From positions 96,410,001-96,474,000 of the forward strand of contig NC_043000.1 in assembly GCF_006345805.1 (NCBI RefSeq): a DNA stretch of 64,000 nt. Reading direction: 5' to 3'. The translations under genes were made by a program, and so were the position numbers. This document shows, in pieces, positions 23,240-34,707 of this stretch. The notes under the pieces were generated by a model that ran no database searches, had not been told where the DNA came from, and was given only the letters and a program-made list of their open reading frames with translations. How positions within the stretch are numbered: the stretch's first letter is position 1; every line of letters begins with the position of its first letter. This DNA comes from Octopus sinensis (Eukaryota).

Positions 23240-24605
23240 GTTCAGCACTTCTTCACACAGCTGTTCTCGACTATATGCATCACACATAACCATACCAGCA
23301 CAGTTGCCTCTCTTGTACACCACATCTGATGCCTCTTATGCCCAACTTTTCTCTCAAGATGCTTACACTCTGTCATTCACGCACACTGACATTATACATC
23401 CAGCGAAGTCTATTAGCTTTATTTCTTACAATCCTATGTATGTCCCATGTTTCACTCCCATGTAGTATAGCTGTTGGGAGAGACCCTTTGTTACCAACTG
23501 CGGTAGGAGCTCTCTGAACTTTGCCCAGCCTATTGTTATTCTAGCAGCTATGCTCTTTGGAGCATCTACCTCTGCTACTAACTTGGTCACCTAGGTAATA
23601 GAAGCTGTCAACTACTTTTAGTTTTCCCTGCTGGCATTTGATTAAGTCTATTTTCTGTACATTTTCAGAGTTAATTGTAACTGTGCACCTTCCACACACA
23701 AAATCTATTTTCCTTGTTAACATTCCTCTGATATTGCTGCACCTTTTATGTATCCATAGCTTACACCAGGTACATGTTATGGAGTTTCTACCTACTACAG
23801 ATTGAGCAGGGCCATCTACCTGAAGCGATTTGTGATTTGTCTGCTCTCCTACTTACTAAGACTTTGGTTTTTGCTAGATTAACTCTAAGACACTTTGATT
23901 TGAGACTTTGCCTCCCCACCTGAAATTTCTTTTCTAGTCCTGGTTGTGATTTGGCTCTAAGAACAAGGTCTTCAGCTTAGAGGAGCTCCTAGGAGCTTTG
24001 TTATTGCCTGGAGGACTATGATGAGCAAGAAAGGGCTGAGTACCGATCCTTGGTGAATCCCTACTTGTACCCTGAATTCCTTGCTATACTCATTGCTAAC
24101 CTTCACCTTAATGACAACATCCCTGTACATAGCTTGTACAGCTCTCACCAACCACTCATTTATCCTTAGCTTCCACATTGATCATCAGATAAAGGAGCAG
24201 GGGACTCTGTCAAAGGCTTTCTCTGTGTTGACAAAAGCCAGGTACAGGGGTTTATTTTTGGCTAGATATTTCTCCTGCAGTTGCCTAACTAGGAATATAG
24301 CATCGGTCATGCTCCTGCCTAGCACAAATCTGAACTGCATCTCATTTACACCAACTCACTTCCTAATTAATTGAGCTATGACTCTTGCTGTGACTCTCAT
24401 CTCCTGGTCCTGCAATCTGATGTCTCTGTAATTATTCCTAAAGTGTCACCTTTGCTTTGTAGCTGTTGACTATAATGCAGCTGCATCAATTGTTGGGTAT
24501 GACTCCTTTGTGGACAATCTTATGAACTACATGGGTAACTACTCTGCCAGATATTTTAATCATCTCAGATGGGCTGGAGGCTTTCCTTGTCTTCATATCC
24601 TTAAG
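23240..24605 (-). mobile_element. RTE-clade LINE fragment (reverse transcriptase), decayed
   Basis: WLVRAVQAMY...FRVQVGIHQGSVLSPFLLIIVLQAI and KLKVVDSFYYLGD; multiple stops and frameshifts. Confidence 0.85.
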
Positions 24606-24822
24606 TAAGTATACACACACAAGCACACACACACACATACATATATACATATGTACATACATACATGAATGGTTGTGTGGTAAGAAGTTTGTTTCCTAAT
24701 CACATGGTTCTGGGTTCAGTCCCACTGTATGGCACCTTGGGCAAGTATCTTCCACTATAGCCAAAGACTGGCTGACCAAAGACTTTGAATGGATTTGGTA
24801 GACTGGACTGGAAGGAAGCTGT

Positions 24823-24856
<34 letters not shown>

Positions 24857-26581
24857 ACATACACACACACACACACATACACACACACACATACACACAC
24901 ACATACACACACACACATTTGCATATATTTGTGTATTTGTGTGTGTGTGTGTGTGACTCCTTGTCTCAACATCATGTGATAGATGTAAATGAGTTTCACT
25001 ATCATGCATAAATAAACGTTTCCAATCGTTTGTGAAGAACTTATCTAGCCACAGAAAATCTAGCCTAATAAATTCCAAGTGACCCCCATGCAAGCATGGA
25101 CAATTGGGCATTAAAACAATAATGTCAATGACGATGGCAACGACAACGACGATGATAATATGTATGCATGTTGCTGTTATTTTCATTTTCAAAAGAATGA
25201 GAGAGAGAGAATAAAACAGAAACCAAAAAAAGGTTTTTAAAATGCGGTTGTCCTTAGTTTTTGACACCAATTCTAAACAGCTGAGAATTACATTTACGTA
25301 TGCATTTGTGTCTTTTATAATTATCAAATCCTTAACAGATTTATGGATTAACATAAAAATGATAAATCTGATAGTTATTTAAAAACGTTTTAAGATATTA
25401 TTTGGGCGGGACTATTTAGATAACTAGGTTTCTTTAGGAGATTAATAACAATTTATTGGTTTTGAACTTATATTTTTGGCAATTCTTGTTTAATGAAAAA
25501 TTCCTAATTAAATCTAATGTAACTTGCAGCATTTTAATTTAGGTTTAATCCAAAAAATCGAAGATCCACTGGAAGTAACTCAGATTTGTGAGCAATAATC
25601 AAGAAATATATGTTAACGGAAAGAAGAGGTTGCTTTCAACTTATCCGTACAAAATTCAAAAAGTATCCACTTACACTCTGTGTGTGTGTGTGTGTGTGTG
25701 TGAATGTAGGAATTCTTTATCTCTTATTTTTTTTACTTGCTTCAGTCAAACTGCGATCATGCTGGAGCACCCTATTGACTTAAGTACATGTTCTTTCTTT
25801 CTTTCTTTCTTTCTCTCTTTCTTTCCTTTTTGTTTGAAGTCTGGTACTTATTGTAACGGTTTCTGTTGCTAGACCACTAAATTACGGGAGCGCAAACAAA
25901 CCAGCACCGGTTTTTAAGCAAGCGATGTGCATGTAAGAATTACACACACACATACACATACACGCACACACCTGACGAGTTGGTTTCGTTTGATGAGCCT
26001 AAGAAACTTTAGATATCATTCATGGTCCCCGAACCAAACTTATTAAATTGTATGTATGTATGTATGTATGAATGTGATCAGCTTCCACACAGTTTCTGTC
26101 TCCAACATTCACTCTCACGGCCTTGGGTTATAATAGAATACTTGCTCAATGTAACATACAGTGGGAATGAATCTGAAGCCATTTTCCTCACCCTTTTCTT
26201 TTTGTCTTAAAAAAACATTATTGAATCGTCTTTGAAATTTTTTTGTTTTTGTTTTTGTAACCTGAACTTCGGACTTACTGAACAAAGAGCCATGTTGAAA
26301 ATAATTACGTATAAATAATGGGAACATAAACGTGTTTTTGATGTGGTTACTGTTTATGTTGGCCACAGCATTTAAGCAGGGGAATAATATATGATCCATA
26401 AGGTTGAGAAAAAGAGGGGACAAAACAAACGTTGGGGGTCAGGGTATCGAATGAGACGAAACATATGAATAAACAAACAATTAAAATATATACAATTAAA
26501 TGATAATGAGTGAATAACAAAAAATGAAGCGGAGGACGTGGTTGACCCCACAAACAGAGAGAGAGGGAGAGAATTAGTTAC

Positions 26582-26707
26582 CTCTTTTTCATATTCCGGG
26601 ACGTCTTCAGGATACTGAAAAGAAGTTTCGTTGGGAGTCACCAAATAAAACATACGCCTCAATTTACTCCCAGTTGGACTGAACCAAGCCGACTGTAAAC
26701 TCTCCAT
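26582..26707 (-). CDS. AGMO: Alkylglycerol monooxygenase, exon 1 coding part (126 nt)
   Basis: AAAC-ATG-G start context; MESLQSAWFSPTGSKLRRMFYLVTPNETSFQYPEDVPEYEKE|gtaact, matching the AGMO N-terminal RMxFY...ETSF...VPxY pattern; phase 0. Confidence 0.93.
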
Positions 26708-26918
26708 GTTTACTTCTTGTTCTGTCTTCTTACTTTGTTTACACTTTCTTTTGCGTCCTGGTGCGATCGGGTGGTTAGAAAATAAAAGAAATAATAATAA
26801 TAATAATGATATTTATAATAGTATTGTGTCTACAAATACTGTTACTTATTATTGTTTAAGTACTACTATAATAAGAATTTTTGTTTTGTGCGATGCCTAT
26901 GTTTTGCCTGGAGACAAT

Positions 26919-27020
26919 CTCCGCCCAGACCTACATTAGAATGAGCAAATGTAAATAAATTGTCGACTGCTAATCTTTTTTTACCCCCACTTCTAAATGT
27001 CCTTCCTTACATTACGTCAT
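26919..27020 (-). promoter_or_regulatory. Candidate AGMO proximal promoter motifs (GC box, CRE-like site)
   Basis: Minus-strand TGGGCGGAG (CCGCCC at 26921-26926) and TGACGTAA (27012-27019) 0.2-0.3 kb upstream of the ATG in repeat-free sequence; motif match only. Confidence 0.3.
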
Positions 27021-27960
27021 GATGTTGTGTCACAGTTTAAGAGATAAAACTCAGATTTCCTCTTGGTTTGTATACAATACACGTATTCATTTATTAATTT
27101 AACTGATGATTAGAAATCTATAAACTCGTTCATGCACACGCATATGTGTGATACTTTGTAAAGTTAGGTACAATATCCACTTAAACATTTTGGTGGAGAA
27201 AGCTAAAACTGTCGATTGATAAGCCATGTACTTGCACAGGTATTTGATTGGTGTTTATCTTATCGATCGTTGTAAGAACAAACAGTGATTCGAACTCAAA
27301 AGTACAGAATCGTAACTAAATATCGCAACATTTTGTCCAGCGCTCTACCAATTCTGAAGCCCACAGCTCTCACACTTGTACATGTGATGGTTCCTGATTA
27401 AGGTACAAGGCCAACAATTTTAAGGAGAGGAGTTCAATCGGTTCTATCCACTCCAGTACTTGACTGATACTTTATTTTATCGTTTCTGAAAGGTTGAAAG
27501 ATAAAGTTGACCGATGCGAGACTTGAAATCAGGAAGGAAAGAACCGAAAGAAATACTGCAAGCATTTTGTCCACCGTTCTATCAATCTACTACTCTCACA
27601 CACGTACACCAAATAAAATTCATTCGCGTGTCCCCGTATAGTAGTTTTTATAGCCATATCAAGTTTCCAAATCTCCCCATCACATTCTTTTCTTATTTCT
27701 TATTTCTTTACTACCCACAAGGGGCTAAAAACCGAGAGGACAAACAAGGACAGACAAACGGATTAAGTCGATTATATCGACCCCAGTGCGTAACTGGTAC
27801 TTATTTAATCGACTCCGAAAGGATGAAAGGCAAAGTCGACCTCGGCGGAATTTGAACTCAGAACGTAAAGGCAGACTAAATACCGCTAAGCATTTGCCCG
27901 GCGTGCTAACGTTTCTGCCAGCTCACCGTTTTCACCCAATAACTTTAGTAATCTAGCAAA

Positions 27961-27961
<1 letters not shown>

Positions 27962-27991
<30 letters not shown>

Positions 27992-28067
27992 TGTATGTAT
28001 GTATGTATGTATGTATGTATGTATGTATGTATGTATGTATGTATGTATGTATGTATGTATGTATGTA
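27962..28067. repeat. (TATG)n microsatellite
   Basis: Perfect tetranucleotide run; others at 31169-31293, 31968-32046, 32354-32456, 34589-34707, 37679-37796, ~54360-54478, ~62950-63035. Confidence 0.95.
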
Positions 28068-29929
28068 TCGGCTGGTATGTAACCAATGAATTAGAGTACT
28101 TGGAAGAAAGTAATTTTCGCCAAATTGTTTTGCCAAAGGTTCGAGAAGCTTTGCCAAAAGTTATAGAATTTTGGATATTGAACGATCTTAGGTGCCGCAC
28201 AGAACTCTGTCACTCAATTCCATGGAAGTATTCTCACTTTTTCTACTTGTTTTGTCTATATTCACTATGAACAATTATCAAACAAATAACTGAAGTATTT
28301 GCACTTTACGCACTGAAAACTTTTAAAGTTATCACTTGCACAATAGCGTATGTTTTTTCAGTTCAATTAGTTCATTGCTCATATTTAAGTGCAAGTGTTC
28401 GAATTTTCGAAATAATAACAACATAGAAACGTACATTATTATTGGTTTCAAATATTGGCACAAGGCCAGCTGATTTAGGGGAAGGGCTAAGTCGATTACA
28501 TTGACCCCAGTGCTCACTGATACTTATTCTATCGATCCCAAAAGGCTGATGAAACGTACATTATTAGGCAGCAAGCTAGTGTAATCGTTAGAGCATCGGA
28601 CAATGTGCTTGGTGGTATTTCTTCGGGCTTTCTACGTTTTGAGTTCAAATTCTGCCGAGATTGATTTTTCTTTTCATCCTTTCAGGGTCGATAAAATAAA
28701 GTATCAATCATATACTTGAGTTGATGTAATCGACTGTCCCCTTATTTGAGCCAAAAATTGAAACCATTATTAGCGTGGTCTTTCTCACTTTAGTACACAA
28801 CCTACCAACCTATCTTCCTTCTATTGGGCATGTATTGCTAATGATGATATGACGACCACCTCTATAGAGGAAACATGTAATTTGGTAGACGGAAACATTG
28901 GGTAAGCTCGTCAGAAGAACCGTTACTGTTCATGGGATGGGGGTGGACTTAAACAATTACTTAGTTTAACATCAATACCTGGTCCTTGGGGTCTTTTGGC
29001 AGATTCAACCTTATCTGAAACATTTGTACCATGTCTCTGGTCTGAGAATGATTTCTTCCCGTTCTCTCGTCATCCTACCTCTCTCAGGGGTCCCTGAAAA
29101 GGGTCATAATGCTGCCCTGCCTCTACTGATTTAGAAATAGAAAAAAGAAAGTTCTTAAAATGGCATAAACTTAGAAGACTCTATTAGATACCTTCAAAAA
29201 CAGAAAATAAAATATTTGTTTCAAATTTTGGCAGAAGACCAGCAATTTCAGGGGAGGAGATAAGTCGATTAAATCGAACCCAGTGCTCAACTGGTACTTA
29301 TTTTATTGACTCAGAAAATACGAAGTTCATACTCGACCTCAGCGGATTTTGACCCCAGGACGTAAACATTTTGCCCGGCGTGCTAACGATCCTGCCAGCT
29401 CGTCACTTTAATGTCAAGAATTGGGTAGAAATAAATTACAGTGAATTTATAAGGACAGCACTAGAAAACAGGAAGAAAATGAAGAATGGTGTGGTTGGTT
29501 AATATCAAGAATTGAACTAACTTGGAATACAATGAATGCATAGGGGCAACACAAGAAATACCGAGATAGCGATCTAAGACAACCAGTTGATACCATTTAA
29601 CAACTTATACTTAACCACTACCCTTGTTATTGTTGTAGTTTTTGCTTAACCTCTGGCCAATCCTTATCAAAAGCATCCAGTTGTCACCATCCCACGGCAT
29701 AGAGTATCTAGAACTGCATTATCAACGATCCATTATTATAATTGCCTTTAGCTGCAATTTAAAGAAGATCGAACAGCAATGTTAATTTCTTATTAATTCT
29801 TTTTTTGCTACTGATAGTATATGCAGGCAAAGCTTAAAGGTTATTTTCTGCTTTTGTCTGTTATTTGTTGCTTCCCATAATTCAATAATTTAATATTTTT
29901 CGTTTTAAATCAAATTATATCTCTATTTT

Positions 29930-30580
29930 AAGGTGGCCAGCTGGCAGAATCATAAGCACGCCGGGCAAAATGCTTAGCGGAATTTCGTCCGTCTTTATGT
30001 TTTGAGTTCAAATTCCGCCGATGTCGACTCTGCCTTCTATCCTTCGGGGGTCGATAAAATAAGCACTAGTTGAGCACTGGAGTTGATGTAATCGACTTAA
30101 CCACTTCCTCGAACTTGTGCCAAAATTCGAAACCAGTGCTATAGACAGCGAGCTGGCAGAATCGTTAGCACACCGAGCAAAGTGCTTAACGGCATTAGTT
30201 CGTATTTACGTTCTGAGTTCAAATTCTACCGTGGTCGACTTTGCTTTTTATTCTTTCGGAGGTCGATAAAATAAGTACCAGTTGAGCACTGTAGTCGATG
30301 TAATCGACTTCCTCTCTTTCCCCAAATTACTGGTCTTGTACCAAAATTTGAAATCAACATATTTCTGCTCTAATAAGTCAGCGAGTTGATAGAATAGTTA
30401 CAGCGCCGGGGAAAACGAAGCCAAAAAAAAAAAAAAGGCATGTCTTCTGGTTTTTGCAGTTGTGAGTCCAAGTCCCACAGGTATTGGCCTCTCCTTTCTG
30501 AATCGATAAAATAAGTACTTGTGAAGTACTGGAGTCAATATAATCCTCTTAAAACTTACTGGACTTGTTCCAAAATTTAA
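29930..30580 (+). mobile_element. Three head-to-tail family A SINEs
   Basis: Heads at ~29932, ~30148, ~30378, each followed by GAGT(T/C)CAA...GATAAAATAAG...CCAAAATT; third copy most decayed. Confidence 0.8.
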
Positions 30581-31293
30581 AAGAAAACACGTTTTAATAT
30601 TTTTGTGTATTTTACTCTAATATTCCAAAAGCATTGAGATTCCCAAAGTAACAAAACTGCTTTTTTTCATAATAAACAACAATAACAACAACAAAAGATA
30701 ATACAGAGAATAATAGAGGGTAACTCTTTAACACTCTTTTAAATATGTGTCATCCAGATAACAGAACCTATCTACTCTTAAGTTATCAGAGCGGTCCATG
30801 GTCTTCAGTTCAGGGCTGTTCATTTCATGCCCTTTACTGATTTATTTTTGGTTTGCCACTAATCTCATTACGTCTTTTGTTTATCCATTCTTTGGCTCTG
30901 ATTGTTTAATAATTTGCTATTTAAAAAAAAAATGGCTTAGTTAAAGGAAGAAGGGCAACGGTCATGATCCCCTTCAAGGGCCTCTGTTGATAACAGGAGA
31001 AAAGAAATAAGCGATTCTTCTGTGGGAGAGCTGCCACGAATATTTGCAACGGAGTGAATTTCACTATAAGTACAGAAGGAAGAAGTGGTGGTGTGAAGCA
31101 AGGCAACGCATAAATCTATAACTCAAGAATGTCTTTGGCGTTTCTCATCTTTCCATGTATATACGCTCATGCGAGCGCATGTATGTATGTATGTATGTAT
31201 GTATGTATGTATGTATGTATGTATGTATGTATGTATGTATGTATGTATGTATGTATGTATGTACGTACGCATGCATGCATGTATGTATGTATG

Positions 31294-31967
31294 GTCAGGA
31301 TGAAGGATTCAAGGATGCCTAAACAACTCTTTTATGGAGAGTTAGCTAAAGGAGAACGACCTACACATAAACCAAAAAAGAGGTATAAGGACTTGCTGAA
31401 GGCTTCCTTAAGAGATGCTTGCATCTCTCTAGACACATGGGAAGGCATAGCTATTGATCGTAGCAGGTGGAGAAGGATTGTGCACAAGGGGACAGCCACT
31501 TTTGAGAAATCTCGAGTTGCTCATGAGAAAGTAAGGAGGGATGTCAGGAAGGGCATCGATGTTACACTTCCTGATGGGAAGGGTCTTCCTATGATGCTGA
31601 CATGCAGTGTCTGTGCAAGACCCTGCCTCAGTAAAGCTGGACTCAAAAGTCATCTTCGTAGTCATAAAGCGAAACAGATTAGTGACAACCTGGCCACTGG
31701 TGGTGATGTTACACACCATACTAATCATATCTGTCAGGCACGTGGAAGAGAGTGTAATTCGGCAGGAGGACTTAAACGACATGCAAAGGTACATGAAGCC
31801 CATTTACAACTACAGCCGGCTATTACCGGTAAAGGTTTTAGTTGCTAATTCTGCACAAGACATGGTAGATCTTTGGCTGGGCTAAAAAGTCACATTCGAT
31901 CACAGTACCAGTAACAGTTAATCTTCGTGCAATGGCCATACTCGATAACGAGGGGGCAGCCATAATA
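31294..31967 (+). mobile_element. 5'-truncated RTE-clade LINE 3' end with C2H2 zinc fingers
   Basis: VRMKDSRMPKQLFYGELAKGERPTHKPKKRYKD...TWEGIAIDRSRWR, then CSVCARPCLSKAGLKSHLRSH and two further decayed fingers; flanked by (TATG)n on both sides. Confidence 0.85.
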
Positions 31968-32046
31968 ATGTATGTATGTATGTATGTATGTATGTATGTA
32001 TGTATGTATGTATGTATGTATGTATGTATGTATGTATGTATGTATG

Positions 32047-32351
32047 TGTGCAGATTTGTATGCATTGTTTAATGTATTCTGATGCATATAGTTGCATATC
32101 TAGACGTATTCACATATATTTAATTGATAAACTTCGGGAAAGTTTCACAGACTTTTACAGTTCCATTGATGGATTGGATCTGTAGTCTTCGAATTAGCTT
32201 TCTACTTTCTGATTTTCAGAAGCCTAATTTTTCGAGACTGGTATTTAGGCAGTGTGTTACATATCCATGGAACCCAATAATTACAGGTATAAACCTGAAC
32301 TTGTAATCTGGATAGAGTGACTGAAGATTTCTCAATAGTTCAGCGTAGGTA
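32047..32351 (-). mobile_element. R4/Dong-type (RLE) retrotransposon, short 3' end (copy 1)
   Basis: Minus strand TYAELLRNLQSLYPDYKFRFIPVIIG; strongly similar to 34708-35011; bounded by TATG arrays. Confidence 0.8.
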
Positions 32352-32383
32352 TTTGTATGTATGTATGTATGTATGTATGTATG

Positions 32384-32415
<32 letters not shown>

Positions 32416-32456
32416 GTATGTATGTATGTATGTATGTATGTATGTATGTATGTATG

Positions 32457-34588
32457 ATCTTTTCTGATTTTAATTATTCAAATTCTTCCTTTGAGGAAGG
32501 AGCTGGTTTCTGATAAAGATACAAAGCTCCATCGCTGGAATGTAGATGAAAACAATGTCACATTTTGAATTTGAGAAAAGTCTTTCAAATTTTTACCGTT
32601 TCATTTACAGGTTATATTTGTAGAGTGCAAGTTAGTCGGTTGATTTCATTTTCTGAAAACGCTAGCTTATCCAGATTGTCCTTTTGACATTTATTCACGA
32701 AACCAAGTGCACATTATTATTGGTATAAATGTGAATTTACAATTTGGATATAGAAGCTGGAAGTTTCGAAAACGTCGTCCATAGTTATCCTCTTTCTCTT
32801 CCATTTTCAGAGATATTCACATCAGCTGGGCAGTTGACCGCTGTGACGGTACATACTTTTTCTTGTCTGTCCCAAACAACACTATCCAGTCTGTTATGTT
32901 TACATTTGACATGTTTTGATGGGATGTTCCACCAGTATTCCTTGTGTTGATATTTGTGTATGTATTCAATAAGAGGGTTATTCTCTATATTTATTCCAGG
33001 ACAGTCTTTTTTTCTGAATTGCATTGTACGTGGTCTGATCAATAAGTATCCGGACTGTTGTTATAGTAACGAAGCTAAAGCACAGAGAATAAAGCTGCTT
33101 GGCACAGATTGACCTTGAACTCTGCTGTGCATGCGCACTAAGTTCTAGCGTTCTAGCTTACTTCTACTGTTTACAGCAGTGCTTAGAAGGAAGGTGTGTA
33201 GCGTGTGATCGTCGCATTGACCATGACAGAGAAAGCTGAGCAGAGAATCTGCATCAAATGTTGCCAAAAGCTTGGCGATACCTGCTCAGAGGCCTACGCA
33301 AAGTATTTAAAAGGTTTTCATCGTTTTCGACACAATTAAGGTAATTTTGTTCCACTGAAACCCAAGTGTCTTTTTGGTCAGCTGAAAGCAGTTTTGGCAC
33401 AAACTTAGTAGACATGCGTCCCTTACCCAAATCTTCAGCTATGATGGACTGAACTGAACCGTAACTAATCTGCACATCCTCTGATAACTCACGGATGGCG
33501 ATTCGACGATTTCCCCTTACAGCTGCACGCACATCTGTGATGTTTTTCTCAGTTCTGCTGATTGCGGGACCCCAGAACGTTCGTCAATATCGACATTTTT
33601 CGGCCATCTTGGAAAACGTCTGAACCACTCGTACATTCCTCATACACTCCTCTCCATACAATTTCTGTCACGGTCATGGTCAATGCGACGATCACACGCT
33701 ACACACCTTCCTTCCGATCACAGCTGTAAACAGCGGAAGTGAGCTAGGACGTTAAAACTTAGTGCGCATGCACAGCAGAATTTGAGGTCAATCTGTGCCA
33801 AGCAGATTCACTCTGCGTTCTTTAGCTTCGTTACTATGGCAACAGCCCGGATACTTATTGATCAGACCTCGTATACTGTTTTTGCGATAACATTGTGTCC
33901 GTAGGGAGGTAGTACCTTGACATTTTGGGGCAGCTGCTTATCACATGTATGATGCCATCTTCAGAAATATAACATAATCTACGTTTTCGGTTGCATGTTG
34001 GAGCTCCAAGGGACTCACTGTTTCATTTGTTTATTTGGTATTTCTCTTGTTCTTGGATTGCAAACGAGTCCAAAAGAGGCTGCACTTCACGTCGATATTA
34101 CTGCTTTCTTCAAGTCTTCGGGAAACATACGTATGCATAGTGTTTTTGGTATACTGTGCATTTTACATGCAGGTCTTCGAGATACGGTGGTCCAGTTGTT
34201 TTGGAGTTGTATGGGAGGTCATGAGGAAGAGAGTGCTTCCTGCGGAGCTCGCTGCCATAGGTTATTATTCGCATCACTTATCAGCACCAAGTTAATGTTA
34301 TTGTGTTTGCTGTTGTTGTTTAGTAAGTGCTGTCTGAAAGAGACTATACGACATTCGAAGGCGGTTTGCACCACTCTCAAGCCTCTGTCTGTGGAAATTA
34401 TCAGTTGAAGTGTATATCTTGCGGGTTTTAACATTTATGTAATGGATTTCCTCTACGGACCAGAGAAGTACCCCAATGTGGGCACTGGTACTGCAAATGC
34501 ATTGTGATATTGTTTTGCTGTAAAAGGAGAGTTCCGATTACCATATTTTTCTAAATCTTTCGTAATATTCTCGGGTTTCTCTAACTTC
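32457..34588 (-). mobile_element. R4/Dong-type retrotransposon, truncated (copy 2), split by a mariner insertion
   Basis: HNAFAVPV, GLRVVQTAFECRIVSFRQHLL, HVISSCPKMS zinc-knuckle remnant, EYWWNIP...CKHNRLDSVVWDRQEKVCTVTAVNCPADVNI restriction-like endonuclease region. Confidence 0.8.
33029..33871. mobile_element. Mariner-derived element built from two 5' ends in inverted orientation
   Basis: TA|CGTGGTCTGATCAATAAGTATCCGG ... CCGGATACTTATTGATCAGACCTCG|TA; arms match ~200 bp up to the ATG; plus MTEKAEQRICIKCCQKLG, minus RRIAIRELSEDVQISYGSVQSII...KFVPKLL. Confidence 0.85.
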
Positions 34589-34707
34589 ATGTATGTATGT
34601 ATGTATGTATGTATGTATGTATGTATGTATGTATGTATGTATGTATGTATGTATGTATGTATGTATGTATGTATGTATGTATGTATGTATGTATGTATGT
34701 ATGTATG

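Noticed and set aside
25972-26010. CTGACGA...GAAAC hammerhead-like spacing (similar at 27103 and 28546)
   Set aside because: No stems I-III can be formed; chance matches.
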